A DNA stretch of 61,251 nucleotides, counting the filler. It is 6 parts of 6 records of this genome, joined end to end, with 100 filler letters (N's around TTAATTAATTAA, not from the genome) between each part and the next. Parts side by side here need not be neighbours in the genome. Positions count along the whole stretch, not along the records: positions 1 to 16,731 come from SRR31156797_8205; positions 16,832 to 27,398 come from SRR31156797_8209; 4 more parts are not named here. One strand, 5' to 3'. The notes below the pieces were generated by a model. That model was given only the letters and a program-made list of their open reading frames with translations. It had not been told where the DNA came from and did not search any database. How positions within the stretch are numbered: the first letter of the stretch is position 1; the number at the start of each line of letters is the position of its first letter. Position numbers and translations under genes: made by a program. This document shows, piece after piece, positions 8,782 to 19,791 of this stretch.

Positions 8782-11478
8782 CTACGGGATTTCGCCCTTG
8801 ATGATATCTGGGCCGAGATCCCCAAATTCCCTCTTAACAAGGGCTATTTCATCTTCCTTCGTCCGTGTCAGCTGATTCAGTCGGGCTTCCAGAAGCCTTT
8901 CAAAAATTTTTTTAAAAATGGGGCCCGAATTAAATCCCATTTTTAACAGATCATTACCTTTGATGCGAATCTTTTTTCCTTTTAACTGGGTGAAAAAATG
9001 GGAGATCAATCGTTTCATCCGCTCGTTTTTCGCTTTCGCCATCAAATAGAGGAGCATTTCCGTATCATGGGGCCGGAGCAATGCAAAAAGCGCATAGTCG
9101 GTTCCATCAAACCTGAAAAGGGTATCCATGAGTTTTTGTTCCTCTTTACCCCGGAGGGACAGGCGGCCGGCTCCCATTTGGTGGGTTAATCTCCTGAAGG
9201 TGTTCGCTTCAAGTTCGCTGGTAAGTCCATACCAGTACACCTTCCATGGGGTCATGGGATCCTCCAGAAAAAGGAGGTGATACCAGGCGATGACTTCCTT
9301 GATTTCTTCCAGCAGGTTTTTAACGGCATCGGTCAGGTTCAGATGGTGGGATGCAAATTTCAGAAGATCAAATTCCTTCAGTCGCACGAGGGCGCTGATG
9401 GGATCCTGTTCTTTGAGGATCAGTTTCAGCTCCGATAGAATCCTGCGCGATGCGAGGCTGTCGGTCCAATCCATTTTGGCGGCTGTTTTCATGAGGGCGA
9501 GGGTCAGTTTTCCGATGGTAAAACCGAACCGTTGTTCAAATCGTATGGCCCGGAGCATGCGTGTGGGATCTTCAACAAAGCTTAAGTTATGCAGGACCCG
9601 CAGTGCTTTATCCTTGATATCCTTCTGAGCCCCGAAATAATCGATGAGGGTTCCGAAAGACCGTTTGTTTAAGCTGACGGCCAAGGTGTTCATGGTGAAA
9701 TCCCGGCGATAAAGATCCAGTTTTAATGAGCTTGTTTCAACGATGGGCAGTGCTCCCGGAGATTGATAATATTCAATCCTTGCGGTGGCCACATCCACCT
9801 TGAATCCATCTGGAAAAATAAGCACGGCGGTGCCGAATTTCTGATGGCTTCGCACACGGGCCGGATGATTTTTGGCAAATTCACGGGCAAACTTGATACC
9901 GTTACCCTCAATGACGATGTCCACATCCAGATTTTCAAATTTCAAAAAGATGTCCCTGACCAGCCCGCCCACAAGATAGATGCCGTAGCCTAAAGAATCG
10001 GCGATGTCTCCCAGTTCTTTTAAGAGGATGATCACTTTATTCGGCAGCCGTTCTTTCAGCATCCCGGACAGGTTCCGTTTCCGGACCATTGAACCGCCTT
10101 TTTTGCCGTCGTGGAGCGCATCGGGGACCAGCGGGTTTCCCACCAGGATATTTAAAAGGTCTGTTCGGGTGATGACCCCTTTTACCGATCCGTTTTCAAG
10201 CACCGGAAGGATTCTAAGCCTGCCGCGAATAATCAGTTCCTGGATTTGTTTGAGGGGTGCGTCTGGATGAACGGTGGCGAATTCAATATTCATGTAATCG
10301 CACACTTTCCGGTCACCGAGTCCAAGGTAGGACGCTTTTTCAACGATCTGCCGGGTAACGTAACCGGAGAGGTCGTTATCATCCATTACCAGCAGTACGT
10401 TGATATTGTAGCGGGTCATGTAATTGGCTGCTTTGTCAATGATGTCTTCGGGACGGACTCCGATAACCGGGGAAGACATCATGTCCCGGGCGTTTCTGCG
10501 ACGCCTGATGCGACGGTTCAAAAGGGCATCCAGGGATCGTTCCACCTGGATCAATGTCTGGTCTTTGATGGTTGCCGAGGCCGCCTGGGGATGCCCCCCC
10601 CCGCCGAATGCGGTGGCAATTTCCGCTGCATCCACTGTGTCAACCCGGCTTCGGGCCACCAGGAAAATCCGGTTTTCCATCTGTGCCAGTGCAAAGACAA
10701 CTTTCAGACTTTCCATTTCCATGAAGCGGTGAACCAGAACCGCAAAGTCCGCCACAAATTCATCCGTGATAACCTTGGAGATTACAATTTCCGTCCCGTT
10801 GATCATCCGGGTGGTGGCCGATTGCATCAGGTCATTGAGCAGCCAGAGGTTTTCAGTGGTCAGCTCTCGGGTCAGCATGTCCGAGATAACATTGTGGTCG
10901 GCACCTTTGGCTGCAAGCCATGCCGCCGCTTCATAATCTTCACTGGTGGTGGAAGAAAAGGTAAAGCTCCCGGTGTCCTCATGAATTCCCAGGCACATGA
11001 CAGTGGCTTCTTCCGGGGAAACGGGAATGCGTCTTTCTCGGATAATGTCTATCATCAGTGCCGTATTCGAGCCTATTTTGCGAATGACTTCCACCTGGCC
11101 GCGCACGTCGTCGGAGGCAGCGGGATGGTGGTCGTATATGTGGATTTCCACATCTTCGCGATCCGCCACTCGGGCGAAGTCTCCGATACGGCCCCTTTGC
11201 CGGGTGTCCACCAGAATAAGCCGTTTGACGGCATCAATGTCAATTTTTTTGATTTTGGTGATATTCAGGAGATAGAATGTGGAATTCAGAAAAAAATTCC
11301 TGAGATTTTTTTCTTGGGAGCCGGGAAAGGCCAGTGATGCTTCCGGGTAGAGTTTACTGGCGGCCAACATGGAGGCGAGTGCGTCAAAGTCGGCGTTGAC
11401 ATGGGTCGTAATGACCTCTTCATGGATTTCCCGGAACTTTTTCTTTCTCTTCTGTCGAGTCCTTGTGGTTTTAGACAC
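8782..11478 (-). CDS. DHH/DHHA1 + CBS + tRNA nucleotidyltransferase (CCA/A-adding) multidomain protein
   Basis: THVNADFDA, YDHH and GGGGHPQAASA (DHH/DHHA1); two CBS repeats; VGGLVRD..DVDIV, DLYRRDFTMN and EDPTRMLRAIRF (class II NTase). Confidence 0.9.
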   Translation of the reverse strand: MSKTTRTRQKRKKKFREIHEEVITTHVNADFDALASMLAASKLYPEASLAFPGSQEKNLRNFFLNSTFYLLNITKIKKIDIDAVKRLILVDTRQRGRIGDFARVADREDVEIHIYDHHPAASDDVRGQVEVIRKIGSNTALMIDIIRERRIPVSPEEATVMCLGIHEDTGSFTFSSTTSEDYEAAAWLAAKGADHNVISDMLTRELTTENLWLLNDLMQSATTRMINGTEIVISKVITDEFVADFAVLVHRFMEMESLKVVFALAQMENRIFLVARSRVDTVDAAEIATAFGGGGHPQAASATIKDQTLIQVERSLDALLNRRIRRRRNARDMMSSPVIGVRPEDIIDKAANYMTRYNINVLLVMDDNDLSGYVTRQIVEKASYLGLGDRKVCDYMNIEFATVHPDAPLKQIQELIIRGRLRILPVLENGSVKGVITRTDLLNILVGNPLVPDALHDGKKGGSMVRKRNLSGMLKERLPNKVIILLKELGDIADSLGYGIYLVGGLVRDIFLKFENLDVDIVIEGNGIKFAREFAKNHPARVRSHQKFGTAVLIFPDGFKVDVATARIEYYQSPGALPIVETSSLKLDLYRRDFTMNTLAVSLNKRSFGTLIDYFGAQKDIKDKALRVLHNLSFVEDPTRMLRAIRFEQRFGFTIGKLTLALMKTAAKMDWTDSLASRRILSELKLILKEQDPISALVRLKEFDLLKFASHHLNLTDAVKNLLEEIKEVIAWYHLLFLEDPMTPWKVYWYGLTSELEANTFRRLTHQMGAGRLSLRGKEEQKLMDTLFRFDGTDYALFALLRPHDTEMLLYLMAKAKNERMKRLISHFFTQLKGKKIRIKGNDLLKMGFNSGPIFKKIFERLLEARLNQLTRTKEDEIALVKREFGDLGPDIIKGEIP

Positions 11479-11661
11479 GGAGCCATCCTATAAGGGGCAG
11501 GTTTTACCTTTTACGGTTTGCTGCTTATTTTTAGCAAAACAGGCACATCCCAAGACCTGTTCCAGGCAACCTGTCCGATGCCGCTTTCAACTTGAAAAGG
11601 GCCCCCTGGACTTCCGCACTCTCGTTGTTGTTAAATGAATCGTCTGTTAAGTTTGGAAACG

Positions 11662-12039
11662 CTATAGCCCCTTCAACTTTTCTTCGCTTTCCTGACTTTT
11701 TTTACAGTTGATGCATAAGGTGGTAACCGGGCGTGCGTTCAGTCGTTGCTCCGAGATGTCCTCGCCGCATTCTTCGCAGATGCCGAAAGTTCCGGTTTCA
11801 ATTCTGCTCAGAGCCTCTTTTATCTTTACGATCAGTTTTCTTTCCCTGTCCCTGATCCTCAGTGTGAAATTTCTCTCTGATTCCAGCGTGGCCCTGTCCG
11901 TGGGATCGGCATAGTTATCCCGTTGGTCTGTCATACCGCTGACGGTCTTTGTGGCTTCGTCAAGGAGCCCATCTAACCTTTTTTCGAGCAAATCTTTGAA
12001 ATATTCCAGATCATTTTTGTTTAACATTGTCCTCTCCAT
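11662..12039 (-). CDS. dksA: RNA polymerase-binding protein DksA
   Basis: DPTDRA coiled-coil tip and CEECG...RP...LCINC zinc finger. Confidence 0.92.
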   Translation of the reverse strand: MERTMLNKNDLEYFKDLLEKRLDGLLDEATKTVSGMTDQRDNYADPTDRATLESERNFTLRIRDRERKLIVKIKEALSRIETGTFGICEECGEDISEQRLNARPVTTLCINCKKSQESEEKLKGL

Positions 12040-12206
12040 CCAAAAGACAAGAAATTAGCGATCCTTCCCTATCACCATTTCGTAATAATGTAAACTCCGA
12101 TTTTTTCGTCAGCCATTATGGCGATGTCGTCGAGTTGTAAATATACTGTTAATAGATGTCAAGATTCGCAGCATGATGGTCGCTGAAACGGAGATATTGC
12201 CGATGT

Positions 12207-13322
12207 TCAATGGGCTTTCTTTTTCCAGAAGCCCTTACCTTTGCCTTTTTTCTTTTTCCCGGACAACGTCAGGCCTTCTGTCCGGGCGAATTCCTGCAGT
12301 AATTCCGTTTGTTGTTGATTCAGCTTTTCGGGTATTTTCACCACAATCTTAATGTAAAGATCACCTCTTTTTCGAAATCCCCTCAAACTGGGCATTCCTT
12401 TACCGGGTACTTTTATGATTTCGCCGGGTTGTGTACCTTTTGGAATGTTGAATTCGTGAGATTCCTCTTCACCCAAAAGGGGAATGGACATGGTGTCCCC
12501 CAGGGTTGCCTGAACAAATGATATGGGGATCTGACAAATCAAGTTTTCATCTTCACGGGCAAAAAAGTCGTGCTCTTTTACATGGATGACCACAAAAAGG
12601 TCCCCCGGAGGACCGCCGTTTTCTCCGGATTCGCCTTCTCCCCGCAATCTGAGTTGAGATCCCGTATCCACGCCGGCGGGAATTTTGACCTGAATTTCCC
12701 TTTCAACCCTGGTTTTTCCACCGCCGCCGCACTCCGAACATGGTTGGGAAATGATTTCACCTTGACCATGGCAGGCCGGGCAGGTACTACTGACCTGAAA
12801 AAAGCCTTGGGATCGTATGACCTGACCCCTCCCTTGACAAGTGCCACAGGTTTCGGGCCGGGTCCCCGGTTTTGCGCCTGAACCATGGCATGTGAAACAA
12901 CCCTCCAGTCGATGAAAAGAGATCTCAGCCTCTTTCCCAAGAAACGCATCTTCCAGGGATAATTCCAAGTCATATCGAAGACTTTTCCCTTGTCTGGTTC
13001 GGGTTCCACCCCCGCCGAAACCGAAGATACCTTCAAATATATCTCCGAAGTTTGAGAAGATGTCCTCAAAACCGTTGAAACCGCGAAAGCCCGAGCCGGC
13101 CAGGCCTTCATGACCGAATCGGTCGTAGAGCTGCCGTTTTTCGGCATCCGTTAATACGTCATAAGCCTCGGCGGCTTCCTTGAACATCTCTTCAGCGTCT
13201 TTGTTTCCGGGATTTCGGTCCGGATGATATTTCAGGGCCAGCTTCCGGTAGGCCGCTTTGATTTCCACTTCTTCGGATTCTCTGGAGACTCCCAGAACTT
13301 CATAATAATCGCGTTTGTTCAT
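12207..13322 (-). CDS. dnaJ: Chaperone DnaJ
   Basis: J-domain with HPD, G/F region, four CxxCxGxG repeats. Confidence 0.95.
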   Translation of the reverse strand: MNKRDYYEVLGVSRESEEVEIKAAYRKLALKYHPDRNPGNKDAEEMFKEAAEAYDVLTDAEKRQLYDRFGHEGLAGSGFRGFNGFEDIFSNFGDIFEGIFGFGGGGTRTRQGKSLRYDLELSLEDAFLGKEAEISFHRLEGCFTCHGSGAKPGTRPETCGTCQGRGQVIRSQGFFQVSSTCPACHGQGEIISQPCSECGGGGKTRVEREIQVKIPAGVDTGSQLRLRGEGESGENGGPPGDLFVVIHVKEHDFFAREDENLICQIPISFVQATLGDTMSIPLLGEEESHEFNIPKGTQPGEIIKVPGKGMPSLRGFRKRGDLYIKIVVKIPEKLNQQQTELLQEFARTEGLTLSGKKKKGKGKGFWKKKAH

Positions 13323-13636
13323 GATTCACTTTCAACGGGTGCCGCTTTGGCGCTTTCTGCTTCCGTTTGTAGATCTTCAGGTTTGGTTTCTTCCCCCAGG
13401 GTTTCAAGAAGAAGATCCGTCGGGTTTTCCGCCAGGGTCTTTTCCATACCAATTTCCTGTCGAAAGACTTTTCCCGCGGCGATTTCCCTTAAGGCAACAA
13501 CCGTGTCCCTGTTTTTGCAGACAACCAATGGTTCGGCGCCTTTTCTCAGTTGGCGCACGCGATTGGCTGCCAGATGGATCAACCCGAAGCGATTATCCAC
13601 CCGATCCAGACAGTCTTCCACTGTGATTCGTGCCAT
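13319..13636 (-). CDS. rpoZ: RNA polymerase omega subunit with acidic C-terminal extension
   Basis: [25 protein letters not shown]...[10 protein letters not shown]. Confidence 0.93.
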   Translation of the reverse strand: MARITVEDCLDRVDNRFGLIHLAANRVRQLRKGAEPLVVCKNRDTVVALREIAAGKVFRQEIGMEKTLAENPTDLLLETLGEETKPEDLQTEAESAKAAPVESES

Positions 13637-13899
13637 CCTGTTCTCCTAAAATTTGGTTGACCCAAAAACATCCCGTGGGCCACGGATAGATTTTCATTAT
13701 GAAAATAAACTTTACAATATATAACCTATTATGTTAAATGTAAAGAAAAAATTTTCTGAGTCTTATAACTTCAAAATCCCGTACGATAACCGCTGTTTGC
13801 CTACTCGTTTATAACATTTTCAGACCAAACCGTTTATGTGCTGTTATATCGGTTTGGAATATCCGGCTGCCATTTTTCTAATGAGGAGGCTGTTCATAT

Positions 13900-15423
13900 A
13901 TGCTGGCCAAAATTCTCAGTAGCGCCGTTATCGGCATTGATGCCTATGTGGTGGAGGTTGAAGTGGATATTGCCCGGGGGCTTCCCTCTTTTTCCACCGT
14001 GGGTTTGCCGGAAGGGGCCGTCAGAGAAAGCAAAGAGCGGGTCAAGGCCGCCATAAAAAACTCAGGTTACCATTTTCCATCTGATCGGATTACGGTGAAC
14101 CTGGCGCCGGCAAATATCAAAAAAGAAGGTTCCGCTTTTGATCTCCCCATGGCCCTGGGTATTCTCGCCGCAACGGGCTTGATAGAAAATACGGATTATG
14201 CGGAACATATTTTTCTGGGCGAAATGGCCCTGGACGGCATGCTCCGACCGGTGAGGGGCGTTTTGTCCATGGCCATCGCCGCCAGGGACTTGGGCCTCAA
14301 GGGTATTTTCCTGCCCGTGGAAAACGCCGGTGAGGCGGCGGTTGTGGACGGCATCCCCATCTTTCCCGTCAAAACCCTGTCCCAGGTCATCAGTGCCTTA
14401 AATGGTGCAGTTAAGGTAAGTCCGGTCCGGGCTGAAATCAACCACCTCTTTGAACCGACTGCTTTTCAGGTGGATTTTATGGATGTAAGGGGGCAGGAGC
14501 ACGCTAAACGGGCACTGGAAATTGCGGCTGCGGGAAGTCACAATGTCATCATGGTCGGCCCTCCGGGGTCCGGGAAGACCATGTTGGCCAAGCGCATCCC
14601 CACCATACTGCCGCCCCTGCGTTTTGAAGAATCCCTTGAAACGTCAAAAGTTTACAGTGTGATGGGGATGATGCCCAATGGAGCAGGGCTGATCACCGTT
14701 AGACCTTTTCAATCACCCCATCATACCATCAGCGATGCCGGGCTCATCGGTGGCGGACAGCATCCCAAGCCGGGACAGGTGAGCCTGGCCCATCATGGTG
14801 TGCTCTTCCTGGATGAATTGCCGGAGTTCAGACGGAATGTGCTGGAGGTTCTGCGCCAACCCATGGAAGAGGGGCAGGTGATTATTTCACGGGCCACGGC
14901 CACCGTGAGCTATCCTGCGGATTTCATGCTGGTGGCCGCCATGAATCCGTGCCCCTGCGGATTTTTGGGAGATGCCAAGAGGGAATGCACCTGCTCGCCC
15001 CTCCAGATTCAGCGATATCGGTCCAAAATCTCCGGGCCGCTTCTGGACCGCATCGACCTCCACCTGGAGGTGCCCGCTGTGCCATACAGGGAACTGGCGG
15101 GGATTTCAGAGGGGGAATCTTCCCATGCCATTCTGGGAAGGGTGATGAATGCCAGGGAAATCCAGGAGGAGCGCTTTTCCAGGAGCAAGATCTTTCATAA
15201 CGCCGGCATGAACAGCCGCCACATTAAGAAATTCTGCTCAATTGATTCGGAATCCTGCCTTTTGCTGGAACGGGCCATGGACCGATTCGGCTTGAGTGCC
15301 CGTGCCCACGCCCGTATATTGAAAATCGCCCGCACCATTGCGGATCTGGAAGGGAGCGAACAATTGCGAGCGGCCCATGTGGGGGAGGCCATTCAATACC
15401 GGACCCTGGATCGAAAATCGTAA
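13900..15423 (+). CDS. comM: YifB/ComM family Mg-chelatase-like AAA+ ATPase
   Basis: ITVNLAPA..KKEGS.FDLP, GPPGSGKT, LAHHGVLFLDELPEF, AAMNPCPCG. Confidence 0.92.
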   Translation: MLAKILSSAVIGIDAYVVEVEVDIARGLPSFSTVGLPEGAVRESKERVKAAIKNSGYHFPSDRITVNLAPANIKKEGSAFDLPMALGILAATGLIENTDYAEHIFLGEMALDGMLRPVRGVLSMAIAARDLGLKGIFLPVENAGEAAVVDGIPIFPVKTLSQVISALNGAVKVSPVRAEINHLFEPTAFQVDFMDVRGQEHAKRALEIAAAGSHNVIMVGPPGSGKTMLAKRIPTILPPLRFEESLETSKVYSVMGMMPNGAGLITVRPFQSPHHTISDAGLIGGGQHPKPGQVSLAHHGVLFLDELPEFRRNVLEVLRQPMEEGQVIISRATATVSYPADFMLVAAMNPCPCGFLGDAKRECTCSPLQIQRYRSKISGPLLDRIDLHLEVPAVPYRELAGISEGESSHAILGRVMNAREIQEERFSRSKIFHNAGMNSRHIKKFCSIDSESCLLLERAMDRFGLSARAHARILKIARTIADLEGSEQLRAAHVGEAIQYRTLDRKS

Positions 15424-15636
15424 GACTTCAAATTGCGTAACGTTGCATATCAGTGCAGCCCTTGACGCATTTTTAGGGACGATGGATAACCGCCAGAGAG
15501 TCGGAAACTTCCAAAATGCCATGGGATCACTCACATAAACCCATGATAAGCAAGGAGTTGAAACATAGATCATTTTTCAAGGGCAGTGGTTCAGGAAAAA
15601 TTCAGTTGCTGATTATTTTTTAACAGGGAGAGCATT

Positions 15637-16251
15637 ATGGGAGGAATCAATAGAAGGGATTTTATCAAGAATGTGGCCATCGGCGGCGCTGTACTGGGAT
15701 TCGGAAACGCTGTTTTTAACAAACCCTCAAGGGCCTTGGCTAGCGGGCAGCATGATAAGGAAGAAAGTATGCGCAACGAAAGAAAGCCCGAGATTATTTC
15801 ATCATGTCATTGCAAAAAGGTAGTACTTAAACTGATCAACCTGGATCCCAGGTTTACTGTCTGCCATTGTGGCACTTGTCAATTAATACATAATGGCCCA
15901 TGGTACGGGGCAAGCTGTAGTGACATTAAAATTATCGATGGCAAAGAATATATATCTGAATTTCCTAAAGAACATGGGGAAGGAGATAGGAACTGTAATT
16001 TGCCAACAGGCTGTACAGTATGGCATTTCTGTTCAAATTGCGGCTCCAGACTTTACTATAGCTTCAATGACAAAATGTTAAAAAATGTCAATGACGGATA
16101 CAATGTTTCCATAGGATTACTACATCAAATTTGCGAAAAAGATTTGATAATGGAAAACGAAGTTTTCTTTGATATGAAACCAGATTATTATGGTTTCCAT
16201 GAAACAAAAAAGTTTTCATCAGATGACATTATAAAAAACTATAAGATGTAA
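15637..16251 (+). CDS. GFA (glutathione-dependent formaldehyde-activating)/CENP-V family Zn protein with an N-terminal Tat-type leader
   Basis: CHC...CHCGTCQ...HFCSNCGSRLY zinc motifs; N-terminal NRRDFIK twin-arginine peptide ending in ALA. An internal start at MRNERK has its own AAGGAAG RBS. Confidence 0.75.
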   Translation: MGGINRRDFIKNVAIGGAVLGFGNAVFNKPSRALASGQHDKEESMRNERKPEIISSCHCKKVVLKLINLDPRFTVCHCGTCQLIHNGPWYGASCSDIKIIDGKEYISEFPKEHGEGDRNCNLPTGCTVWHFCSNCGSRLYYSFNDKMLKNVNDGYNVSIGLLHQICEKDLIMENEVFFDMKPDYYGFHETKKFSSDDIIKNYKM

Positions 16252-16282
16252 ACAGTTCCTTTAAATTCAAAAGGGGTGTAAT

Positions 16283-16731
16283 ATGTCCAGCGGAAGAATA
16301 CCTAAAGTTACTGCAAAATGTTCTTGTAATAAAGTAGTACTTGAAATTTCTGAAATAGACCCCGGATTCACAGCCTGCCATTGCAGCACATGCCAGTTCA
16401 TACATAGCGGTCCCGGTTTCGGGGCAAGATGTAATGATGTGAAAATTGTTCAAGGAGCAGAACTGGTAAAAGGGTATAAGCCCGCGGCCTGGGCAACATG
16501 GCATTTTTGCGGTAAATGCGGAACAAGACTTCATTATAAGTTTGAGGATGAATTATGGAAAAGCAAACAGGACAGGTACGTTGTATCCGTAGGATTGTTA
16601 TATAAAGCCGGCGTCAAAAATTTTAAAATGATTAATGAAGTTTCTTATGAAATGAAACCACGCTACTACTGTTTTGAAGGGCATAGAGAAAAGTTGTCTA
16701 CCAGTGAAACATATGCGCTATATGCATTGGA
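16283..16731 (+). CDS. GFA family protein (second paralog), cut at contig end
   Basis: CSC...CHCSTCQ...WHFCGKCGTRL; clearly similar to the upstream gene. Confidence 0.8.
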
Positions 16732-16831
16732 NNNNNNNNNNNNNNNNNNNNNNNNNNNNNNNNNNNNNNNNNNNNTTAATTAATTAANNNNNNNNNNNNN
16801 NNNNNNNNNNNNNNNNNNNNNNNNNNNNNNN
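16732..16831. other. Artificial contig spacer (also at 27399-27498, 41363-41462, 50746-50845, 56065-56164)
   Basis: Identical 100-nt N-run/TTAATTAATTAA/N-run units. Genes are cut at these points, and base composition changes sharply at some of them. Confidence 0.98.
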
Positions 16832-17553
16832 ATCCGTTTATCGGCATGGCTGGCTTTGCCCCTTCGTTTCGAAGCTTCACGTTTGAGTTTTTTCAACTCA
16901 TCACTGATACCGGCCCTTTGCTTCTTCCGGCTCCGCTCCTCCAGTTTCAACTGGGCTTTCCCGTTGGCGTAATTGCCGTTTCGGATCTCGGCAAAGGGAG
17001 GATCAAGAAAAAGCGTTTTCCCGGACAGATTGTCCAGCAGGTATCTGTCGTGACTGACAATAAGTCCGATCCCCTTGAAGGATTTCAGTGCGTTAAAAAG
17101 CAGTTGTCTCCCATGTTCATCCAGGTGATTGGTCGGTTCATCCACAGCCAGCAGATATGGCTGAATCCATAGGGCGGTTCCGATCTGGGCCCGTTTACGT
17201 TCACCATGGCTTAATGTGTTCCACCTTGCGGGCCAGTCATAATCCATCTTCAGCATGGACCGAATCCTGCCGGCGCTTTTGTCCCGGGAATAAAGCATCT
17301 CTTCAAACTGATCCGGGATTTCGTCTGTTTCCTGGCGGCAATAGATGCCGTCAACCGGGTGATTGATAACGCCTGCCACCGGTCTTAAAATACCTGTAAC
17401 AAGCTTCAGGAGCGTTGACTTTCCGGCACCGTTGGCACCGACAACTCCGGTCCAGCCTTCTGAAAACACCAACGAGAAATCCTGAAAAAGAGCTGATTCC
17501 GAAGATTCGTATGAAAATGAAATGTTATCCATGATAAGAGAAAATTTACCCAA
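16832..17553 (-). CDS. ABC-F family ATPase, N-terminal half (cut by contig end)
   Basis: GANGAGKSTLL, LSHGERKR, DEPTNHLD and IVSHDR, followed by a charged helical linker; no TM segments. TTG start after GGAGG. Confidence 0.85.
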
Positions 17554-18146
17554 GATTACCTCCATAACCACATAAAACATGAAAAAACAAAAATCCGGTA
17601 TCAAAATGAACCCTTCAGATCTTGATGGACCAGACAATTATCGTGTGTTTAAGGATTAGGTTTCGTTACGGAAGGCAATACGGAAAGATAAGGATAAGAA
17701 ATACTTCGAAAAAAAAGCCACATCAACAGTTGCACATTCAGAAACGAAACACAGAAACAATAGTAAATCGCATGCCTGCCGGCATTAGATTTTATGTTAC
17801 CTTTTTTCTGTATTTTTCGTTCTCTATCTGTGCACAGCCTGGGACTCCTGTTGTTCATATGAGATAAATAACTAACAATTATTTTTATTAACGTGGAATG
17901 AACAACAAAGTCAATAATTATCAGAATTAATACTGTTTTTTGGGGATAAAACGCACCTGTTCTCCCCCAAAGCATAGAATCCCCTTGACCCCCAGTCAAT
18001 GTGAAACAAAAAGCTCCAGTAAATACGTGTTGCAAAAAAAAAATTTTCGAGCAATAGTGGTAATCGGATGAACAATTGACCTGGAGGCCCAATCCAAGCC
18101 ACTACCTTTTGCAAACATATGCGGAAGCGAAGAGAGATCGCCCATT

Positions 18147-18908
18147 ATGAAAAACACTGTGTTTTTCTGGTATTTATCATTTGTAATACTGCTGCCCCAA
18201 AACATCTATGCGGAGAACCTTGTTTTTTCAGGAGTAGAGTATCCGCCTTTCTTTATTTCCCCCCCTTCGTCAAAGGATTCGATCCAGAACGACAGGGGAA
18301 TCCTGATCGACTTGCTGATGCTGTTTTCAAAGGAGCATCCGGAATATCAAATTATCTATAAACAACACCCGGCGGCAAGAGCGAACAAATACCTGGCAAA
18401 AGGAGAAGGAATAGATATCAGTTTTGACAGTCCGATATTTGTGGAAAAAAACCTGCTGAATCACTATGATTTTACCGAGACGGTGGCGCAGACCAAAGAT
18501 GTTGTCATAACCAAAAAAGATAATCCGTTCACCTATGAAGAACCCGAAGATTTATATGGTATGCGGATAGCGGTCATAAGGGGCTACGAATACGGCGAAT
18601 TTGACGAACTTGAAAAAACAAAAAAAATACAATACCATGTGGTGAATACTCATAGACAGACCTTGCAACTCCTTAAGATCGGGAGGGTTGACGCATCTTT
18701 TGGAAACATTCACGTATCACCGTATATTATGAAACTGAACAAGCTCGACATTTCTGATTATAAATTTTCCGATAAAAGCATATTTCAATTCGAGCTGTCC
18801 CTGATGGTAAACAAAAAGACCGATTTACTGCTTCCCCTGAATATCTTTATCAAGAAAATAAAAAATAGCGGCACGTTAAAAACAATCACCGAAAAGTACA
18901 TAAAATAG
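18147..18908 (+). CDS. Periplasmic substrate-binding protein (polar amino acid/PBPb type), orphan
   Basis: Signal peptide, EYPPF, GILIDL, RIAVIRGYEY, LLKIGRVDA, IKNSGTLK.I.EKY. Confidence 0.8.
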   Translation: MKNTVFFWYLSFVILLPQNIYAENLVFSGVEYPPFFISPPSSKDSIQNDRGILIDLLMLFSKEHPEYQIIYKQHPAARANKYLAKGEGIDISFDSPIFVEKNLLNHYDFTETVAQTKDVVITKKDNPFTYEEPEDLYGMRIAVIRGYEYGEFDELEKTKKIQYHVVNTHRQTLQLLKIGRVDASFGNIHVSPYIMKLNKLDISDYKFSDKSIFQFELSLMVNKKTDLLLPLNIFIKKIKNSGTLKTITEKYIK

Positions 18909-19109
18909 GGGCTCTGTAAAATTCCCCTGGTCTAAGGTCATTTCCCTGTGAATCAAATTCGAATTGCGCTTTCCAGACTGTAAAAGTGTGGGGAGGGACT
19001 GGCGGAACGCATCTACTCCCGAAACACCAAAGAACTGTCATCGTTATAAGGATTCTCTAAACGGCGGAACTGGATTCCTGGCTCCCGGAAGCAGATGCGA
19101 TCATTTAGT

Positions 19110-19682
19110 TTACAGGCCGAGGTAGCCGTCCCTCAGGGAGCTGTCCGCCTTCTCACCCAGGCTGTACCGGTAGTACATCTGGGCAAATTCGGCGCCTTCG
19201 ATGGTGCCCTTTTCAACGCCGTTTACGATAAGGGTAAGGCCTTTGCCAGGCACATAGATGGATTCCGAGGTAAAGCCGGGTTCCATGTCCACGTCGAGCC
19301 AGGAGGCGTACTGTTTGATCTTGGCATCGTGTTTTGCCACAAGATCAGCCGGATTGGTCTCCACCATGGTATCGATGAACCCTTCCTGGAGTTTTTCCGC
19401 CGTGGCCAGGTCTGTGAGGTAGTGAAGATAGAAATACTTGACCTGCTCCGTCTCGATGGCCTGCTTGGCATTGGAGGTCGGATTTTCCAGGTAAAGACCG
19501 CCGGCGAAAATCTTAATGAAGCCGAGGGCCTTTCTCAAGGCAACCCCGTTGAGCTTGAGCTCTTTTCCGGCAATGGTCTTGGCTTCGGGAAAGGTGACCC
19601 CCTTGAGTTCGGCCGCAGAAACCATGGCTGAAGACAGGACAAAAAGAGATGCTAACAAGGACAAAACTGTTTTTCTGAACAT
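19110..19682 (-). CDS. Chalcone isomerase-like secreted protein
   Basis: Signal peptide, AELKGVTFPE, LKLNGVALR, GLYL, C-terminal G.I.G.EFA...LG pattern. Confidence 0.75.
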   Translation of the reverse strand: MFRKTVLSLLASLFVLSSAMVSAAELKGVTFPEAKTIAGKELKLNGVALRKALGFIKIFAGGLYLENPTSNAKQAIETEQVKYFYLHYLTDLATAEKLQEGFIDTMVETNPADLVAKHDAKIKQYASWLDVDMEPGFTSESIYVPGKGLTLIVNGVEKGTIEGAEFAQMYYRYSLGEKADSSLRDGYLGL

Positions 19683-19791
19683 GACATACCCCCTCTCGTT
19701 ACTGGTAAAGGTTTAACTACGCGAACAACGTTCATAAAAATTTATAACATTGTTTACATCCAAGATCCAGTACTATTTCCCCCCTGCCCGG

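Noticed and set aside
10246-11337. 363-aa + strand ORF (also 20250-21320, 21339-22067, 5622-6257)
   Set aside because: These are antisense to well-supported genes in GC-rich DNA and have no recognisable motifs.
13900-15423. comM interrupted by a mobile element
   Set aside because: comM is a known insertion hotspot, but this ORF is full-length and intact.
16776-16787. TTAATTAATTAA palindrome recurring five times
   Set aside because: It is always centred in N-runs; it is an artificial all-frame-stop linker.
17649-18092. 147-aa minus-strand ORF
   Set aside because: It has no motif or RBS and an atypical composition; more likely intergenic sequence.
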